From the NCBI GenBank assembly GCA_964347285.1, contig CAYFYE010000014.1, forward strand, positions 1 to 32,919: a stretch of 32,919 bases of DNA. The letters are read 5' to 3'. Shown here in pieces: positions 28,259 through 32,919 of this stretch. The notes beneath the pieces are model-generated. The model had not been told where the DNA came from. It did not search any database and saw only the letters and a program-made list of their open reading frames with translations. Each line of letters begins with the position of its first letter. Position 1 is the first letter of the stretch. The stretch is from an uncultured Acidimicrobiia bacterium (GTDB lineage: Bacteria > Actinomycetota > Acidimicrobiia > Spongiisociales > JAOTWH01). Position numbers and translations under genes: made by a program.

Positions 28259-29512
28259 ATGCGTCGAATCGCAACTTTTCTCGTCGTGTTTCTGGCCGTC
28301 GGGGTGTTGGTGGAGCCGGTCGCGGCCGAGGTGACCCCCGAGGACCTGGAACGGGCCCGCCAAGACCTCCGCGAGGTGAGTGCTCGCCTGGAGGGCGCCG
28401 CCATCCGCTTCGAGCAGGCGATCCAGGAAGAGGCAGCTCTCCAGGCCGAGCTGGACCAGTTGGCGATCAGCCTGGCCAACCAGGAGCGTGAGTTGGCTGC
28501 GGCCCGCGTCGAAGGCGTGGCCGTCGCCGTCGAGATCTACATGAGCGGAGGAGTGGCCGACCCGGGCGGCCTCTTCGCGGTGGACGACATCACCGAGTTG
28601 CCGGCCCGGCTGGCCTACGTGGATGCCGTAGCCGCCGAGGACCAGCGCACCCTCAACAACCTCCTGCTGCTGGAGCGGAGCTATGAGCGGCAGCGAGCTC
28701 AGCTGGAGGCGGCTCTCGACCGCCAGGAGGAGGTCCGCAGCGAGCTGGCGACCCTCACCGCCGACATATACGCCGAGCTCGAGGAGGCCGATTCCGAATA
28801 CCGGAGTCTCCTCGCCGAGTGGGAGCGCCAAGAAGAAGAGCGGCGGCGACGGGAGGAGGAGGAACGTCGCAGGCGGGAAGAGGAAGAGCGTCGCCGCCAG
28901 GAAGAGGCCGCGGCGGCGGCAGCGGCAGCGGCTGCGACCTCGACCACGACAACGACCATTGCCGACCAGGGCGTGGACACGACGACACCCGATACGACGG
29001 CAACGACTCAAGCCACCGACACCACCACCGGGGACGGTGCAGACCCACCCGGAGCAGAGGACACCACCACAACAACCACAGCCCCGCCCCCTCCCCCTCC
29101 GGCCACCGGCGGAAGGGTGTGCCCGGTCAACGGAGCCACCACCTTCACCGACACCTGGGGAGCCCCTCGGCCGGGCGGGCGGGCCCACCGGGGCGTCGAC
29201 ATGATGGCGGCACGCGGCACCTCGGTGGTCGCCGTCGAGTCCGAGACCATACTTCGACTGGGGAGCGGAGGCGCCGGCGGGCTGAGCATCTATCTAGCCG
29301 GAAGCAGCGGCGATACCTTCTACTACGCCCACCTGGACGGCTTCGCCGGGGGCCTGTCGGTCGGCCAGCAGGTCGCGGTCGGCCAGCTCATCGGATTCGT
29401 GGGCAGCACTGGGAATGCCAGCTACGGCGCCCCCCACCTGCACTGGGAGTATCACCCCGGCGGTGGAGGGGCCGTCAATCCGACACCGCTGGCCCGACAG
29501 CTCTGCGGATAG
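28259..29512 (+). CDS. Secreted coiled-coil M23-family peptidoglycan endopeptidase
   Basis: Signal peptide, long coiled coil, A/T/P linker, HRGVD, YYAHL, PHLHWE. Confidence 0.92.
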   Translation: MRRIATFLVVFLAVGVLVEPVAAEVTPEDLERARQDLREVSARLEGAAIRFEQAIQEEAALQAELDQLAISLANQERELAAARVEGVAVAVEIYMSGGVADPGGLFAVDDITELPARLAYVDAVAAEDQRTLNNLLLLERSYERQRAQLEAALDRQEEVRSELATLTADIYAELEEADSEYRSLLAEWERQEEERRRREEEERRRREEEERRRQEEAAAAAAAAAATSTTTTTIADQGVDTTTPDTTATTQATDTTTGDGADPPGAEDTTTTTTAPPPPPPATGGRVCPVNGATTFTDTWGAPRPGGRAHRGVDMMAARGTSVVAVESETILRLGSGGAGGLSIYLAGSSGDTFYYAHLDGFAGGLSVGQQVAVGQLIGFVGSTGNASYGAPHLHWEYHPGGGGAVNPTPLARQLCG

Positions 29513-29564
29513 CACTGCGGGCGGAACATAACCGCCCACCCGCCCGGGGTGTAGCTTGGCAGCC

Positions 29565-30431
29565 ATGCGCTACGGCGTGAGCCTTCCCAACTTCGGCGGC
29601 TTCGCCGACCCCGGCGCCCTCATCGAGCTGGCTACTGCCGCCGAGGATGCCGGGTGGGACGGCTTCTTCTTGTGGGACCACATGCAGTTCATGGCGGGTG
29701 CCGAGGTGGCGGTGGCCGATCCCTGGGTGACACTGGCGGCCATCGCCCACGCCACCGAGCGGGTCAGGATCGGCCCGCTCGTCACTCCTGTGTCCCGGAG
29801 ACGTCCGACCAAACTCGCCCGAGAAACCGTCACCCTCGATCATCTCTCGGGAGGTCGGCTCATCTTCGGCGTCGGCCTCGGCGCGCCTCCCGATGCCGAC
29901 TTTGCCGATCTGGGTGAGGAGGCCGACCCCCGGCGGAGGTCCGACATGCTCGACGAGGGGCTGTCGGTCATCGGAGCGCTGTGGTCGGGAGAACCGGTCA
30001 CCCACCGCGGCACCTACTATCGCCTTTCCAACGCCCGATTCCTGCCCCGTCCCGTGCAGCGCCCCCGCATCCCGATATGGGTGGCCGGCTACTGGCCCAA
30101 CAGGCGGCCTTTTCGGCGGATGGCCCGCTGGGATGGGATGTTTCCAATTCTCCTCGATTCGACCAGCGGCGAGGAGGTTCCTACGTCGCCCCATCAGCTG
30201 GCGGAAATGGTGGCCTATGTCATGGACCATCGATCCGATCACGACTCCTTCGACGTCGTCTTGGCGGGGGCGACCCCTCCGGACCGGGATGAGGCCGCCG
30301 AGATCGTGGCCCCATACGCCGCCGTCGGGCTCACGTGGTGGATCGATCTCATCCAAGACGCGCCATTCAGTTCAGTCGAGGACTGGCGGCGCCGTATCGA
30401 GTCGGGTCCGCCGGCCTTTTCTCCCCACTGA
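29565..30431 (+). CDS. LLM-class flavin-dependent oxidoreductase
   Basis: AEDAGWDGFFLWDH, DPWVTLAAIA, TLDHLSGGRLIFGVGLG, PRPVQRPRIPIWVAG. Confidence 0.92.
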   Translation: MRYGVSLPNFGGFADPGALIELATAAEDAGWDGFFLWDHMQFMAGAEVAVADPWVTLAAIAHATERVRIGPLVTPVSRRRPTKLARETVTLDHLSGGRLIFGVGLGAPPDADFADLGEEADPRRRSDMLDEGLSVIGALWSGEPVTHRGTYYRLSNARFLPRPVQRPRIPIWVAGYWPNRRPFRRMARWDGMFPILLDSTSGEEVPTSPHQLAEMVAYVMDHRSDHDSFDVVLAGATPPDRDEAAEIVAPYAAVGLTWWIDLIQDAPFSSVEDWRRRIESGPPAFSPH

Positions 30432-30796
30432 TGGCGAGGCGCCGCTTCGATGTCACCTACGCCTCGGGCCTGGTGGCCGGGGTGTTGGGTGGTATTGGCT
30501 TTCTTCAATCCCGACGTCACGTTCCATCTCGCCCCGGTATTGGTGGGAATCCTGTTCCCCCTAGGTCACCGCATTCGCTCCGGCCGGCTCAGCCCGACTG
30601 CGGCCGCAGCCACCATGGTGGGAGCGATGATCAACGTTGGACTGGCCACCGGCGCACTTTGGCCGGCCGATCGCTCGAGGGGCCGTCGTTGCTGCCGGTG
30701 GGCGGAGCCGCCCTGGAGGCGATCGTCTTTGGGGCGGCAGCGGCGCTGGCAGTCCTGGCCACGCTGAACATCCGCTTTCCCGGAGAGCAGGGCTGA
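30431..30796 (+). pseudogene. Small membrane protein gene with two compensating frameshifts (or sequencing errors)
   Basis: TGATG-coupled start. The hydrophobic reading switches frame near 30485 and back near 30672. Confidence 0.6.
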
Positions 30797-30870
30797 TCAG
30801 GTAGTAGGCCCGGCCGTTCGGCCCTGGTGCGCTCCGGCCTCCCCGGGCATGCTCGCGTTAGAGGAACGGC

Positions 30871-31560
30871 ATGGATCTGGATTCGGGAACGGTGCTTGCG
30901 GTCGCCCTGGCGATGCCAATGGCCGGCGCCTGCGCCGACCCGCCGGATACCGAAGCAGGGCCGGTTGTCCCATCCGGTTTCGTAGACCTCCCGGATCCCG
31001 AGGGGAGCGGAACGATGCCGCTCGAGGCCACGCTGGAGAGCCGGAGGTCGCTGCGTGACTTCACCGATGAGGCGCTGACTGTTGCTGATATCGGGAAGTT
31101 GCTGTGGGCGGCCCAAGGGGTGACTTCAGGCTGGGGGGCCCGCACCGCCCCCTCGGCGGGAGCCCTGTATCCGCTGGAGATGTATGTGGTGACCGCCCAG
31201 GGCTTGTTCCACTACCGGCCTGAGGATCATCGGCTCGAAGTGCTCGGTGGGGGCGACCTCAGGAGAGAGTTGGCCGCCGCCGGCCTCGACCAAAGCGCTC
31301 TCCGAGACGCCCCTGCGGTATTTGTGATGGCCGCGGTCTACAGGCGTACCGAAGCCAAGTACGGGGGCCGGGCCGAGCGATACGTGCAACTCGAGGCGGG
31401 ACATGCCGCTCAGAACCTGCTCTTGGAGGCCGTGGCCCTGGACTTGGGAGCGGTGCCGATCGGGGCCTTCTACGACGACGAGGCGGCCGCCGTCCTGGGC
31501 CTGCCGGCCGACCACCAGCCGCTGTATCTGATCCCGGTAGGCCGAGCCGCCGATGGCTGA
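30871..31560 (+). CDS. SagB/ThcOx-type nitroreductase-family FMN protein
   Basis: RRSLRDF, LLWAAQG, RTAPSAGALYPLE, EAGHAAQN, IGAFYD. Confidence 0.92.
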   Translation: MDLDSGTVLAVALAMPMAGACADPPDTEAGPVVPSGFVDLPDPEGSGTMPLEATLESRRSLRDFTDEALTVADIGKLLWAAQGVTSGWGARTAPSAGALYPLEMYVVTAQGLFHYRPEDHRLEVLGGGDLRRELAAAGLDQSALRDAPAVFVMAAVYRRTEAKYGGRAERYVQLEAGHAAQNLLLEAVALDLGAVPIGAFYDDEAAAVLGLPADHQPLYLIPVGRAADG

Positions 31561-32701
31561 GGACGAGCCGATGACCCTGTATGAGTGGATTCAAGGCCGG
31601 TTCCACCCCGGCTCCCCCGACGCGATTCGGGCCGTCGAGACTGTGGGACCGCACCTGTCGCCGCTGGTGGCCGAGGGGGATCGCGTCGTCGATCTGTGCT
31701 GTGGCGCCGGTCCGTGGGCGTTCTTCTTGGAGGAGCGAGGCGCCACCGTCACTGGGATCGATGTCGCCCCCTACATGATCGAACGGGCCCGGGAAGAAGC
31801 CGAGCGGCGCGGCGCGCTCGTCGAGTTCGTAGTGGCCGACGTGCTCGCCCACGATTTGGGCCGGGAGAGCTTTGATCTGGCCCTGCTGATGGGGAACACG
31901 GTGGCCGACTTGCCGCCGGCGAGTTTCTCTCGCCTCGTGACCAAGACCCACCGGGCCCTCACACCTGGGGGACGCTTCGTCATCCAGTACCTCGACGGTG
32001 TGCTCTACTTCGAGCGGGAACGTTCACGCCCCGAAGGGATCGAACAGGAAGCCCCGGTGCGGGTCAGCCGGCGCTACCGGGAGTACCGGCCGGCCGAGGG
32101 GGCTTGGGTGGTGACCTACACCAACGAGAGCACCGGGCAACGGTACGACTACGCCACCTACGTGTACCCGACTCGGCTGCTCCGCCTGCTGCTTGAGCCG
32201 TATTTCGTGCTCGACATCTCGACCGATCTCGGCGAAGGACGGTTCCTCGATATCTTTGCGAGGCGCGACGGAACCGGTGGAGCGACCGGGACCGGCCGGG
32301 GCCGGCTACGCCAGCGTCGCCTGCACGGTGATCTCCACGTTTCCGGCGAGAGCGTTGGAGACCGGACAGCCGTCTTTGGCAGCCCGGGCGGCTTCTTCGA
32401 ACGCTTCGGCGCTCACCCCGGGGACGGTGCCGCGAACCGTCAACGCCATGGTGAGCAAGCGCCAGCCGGCGTCGGTCTTGCCAAACGTAGCCACGGCCTC
32501 GGTGTCGAGACGATCTGGTGGATTCCCTGCTTGGGCGAGTCCGTTCGACAGTGCCATGGAGAAACAGGCGGCGTGCGCCGCAGCAATCAACTCCTCCGGA
32601 CTCGTCTTGCCGTCGGGGGCCTCAGTACGACTTGCCCACGTCACCGGGAGCGGACCGGCCACCCCGGTTGCCAAAGTGGTGGTGCCCGAACCACCGAATA
32701 A
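31553..32701 (+). CDS. Class I SAM-dependent methyltransferase (recognisable part ends near 32270; the ORF runs on antisense to osmC)
   Basis: VVDLCCGAG, TGIDVAPYMI, ADV, FDLAL, LTPGGRF. Confidence 0.85.
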   Translation: MAEDEPMTLYEWIQGRFHPGSPDAIRAVETVGPHLSPLVAEGDRVVDLCCGAGPWAFFLEERGATVTGIDVAPYMIERAREEAERRGALVEFVVADVLAHDLGRESFDLALLMGNTVADLPPASFSRLVTKTHRALTPGGRFVIQYLDGVLYFERERSRPEGIEQEAPVRVSRRYREYRPAEGAWVVTYTNESTGQRYDYATYVYPTRLLRLLLEPYFVLDISTDLGEGRFLDIFARRDGTGGATGTGRGRLRQRRLHGDLHVSGESVGDRTAVFGSPGGFFERFGAHPGDGAANRQRHGEQAPAGVGLAKRSHGLGVETIWWIPCLGESVRQCHGETGGVRRSNQLLRTRLAVGGLSTTCPRHRERTGHPGCQSGGARTTE

Positions 32702-32737
32702 GTCACCTTGCCACGTGGCCGATGCTCGACTCTCCAT
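32306..32737 (-). CDS. osmC: OsmC-family peroxiredoxin
   Basis: ASATWQG, TSPEELIAAAHAACFSMALS, AKDGCPVSNAL. SD GAAGGGAG upstream. Confidence 0.94.
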   Translation of the reverse strand: MESRASATWQGDLFGGSGTTTLATGVAGPLPVTWASRTEAPDGKTSPEELIAAAHAACFSMALSNGLAQAGNPPDRLDTEAVATFGKTDAGWRLLTMALTVRGTVPGVSAEAFEEAARAAKDGCPVSNALAGNVEITVQATLA

Positions 32738-32854
32738 AATCGCTCCCTTCGACGATCCTGCGTACCAGCCGGTCGGGGGCGGCACGATGCTCCACCGCAC
32801 CCAGCACGCTACTCCACCCCCGACCCCGGATCGGGCCCGCTCGCCGGGCACGTG

Positions 32855-32919
32855 CTACTGCGGCTTGGGCCGCAACGGAGTGATCAGCTCGGGGCCGTTG
32901 TGGCGCACGTCGTTGACGA
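32855..32919 (-). CDS. 3' end of an SOS response-associated peptidase (SRAP/YedK), partial
   Basis: VNDVRHNGPELITPLRPKPQ* matches the typical VN-x-x-R-N-N-G-P-E-L-I C-terminus. Confidence 0.65.
   Translation of the reverse strand, partial: VNDVRHNGPELITPLRPKPQ

Noticed and set aside
30871..32270. RiPP (azole) biosynthetic cluster
   Set aside because: No YcaO cyclodehydratase, precursor peptide or transporter is visible.

Overview
High-GC window whose gene content points to an actinobacterium, possibly Acidimicrobiia (inference). It is probably an assembled scaffold, with one 100-N gap at 13827-13926. Left to right it holds: the 3' part of a Tad/Flp type IVc pilus operon (tadA-tadB-tadC, a 51-aa Flp pilin missing from the ORF track, three pseudopilins); a large lipoprotein with an internal duplication; a LipJ-like hydrolase-adenylate cyclase; glpX; a thiolase divergent from mce and an acyl-CoA carboxylase epsilon-like gene; a sensor kinase; a PHP phosphoesterase; a cyclophilin with a QAAATT tandem repeat; a PNPOx-like protein; ask-asd; an accessory patch with a two-gene deletion-like junction next to tRNA-Pro(CGG); a CNNM/CBS protein; a stand-alone receiver; NfeD; WhiB; selA-selB; fxsA; a cholesterol oxidase-like GMC enzyme; an M23 peptidase; an LLM oxidoreductase; a membrane gene with two compensating frameshifts; a SagB-type nitroreductase; a methyltransferase; osmC; and the 3' end of a SRAP gene. 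I cannot support a wholly new multi-gene system from sequence alone. The best leads are the compact Tad pilus with an atypical pilin plus the neighbouring twin-domain lipoprotein, the selAB pair with no visible selC, selD or selenoprotein, a degenerate NfeD with no stomatin partner, and frequent leaderless-type promoters. All family calls come from motif recognition by eye, not database searches.
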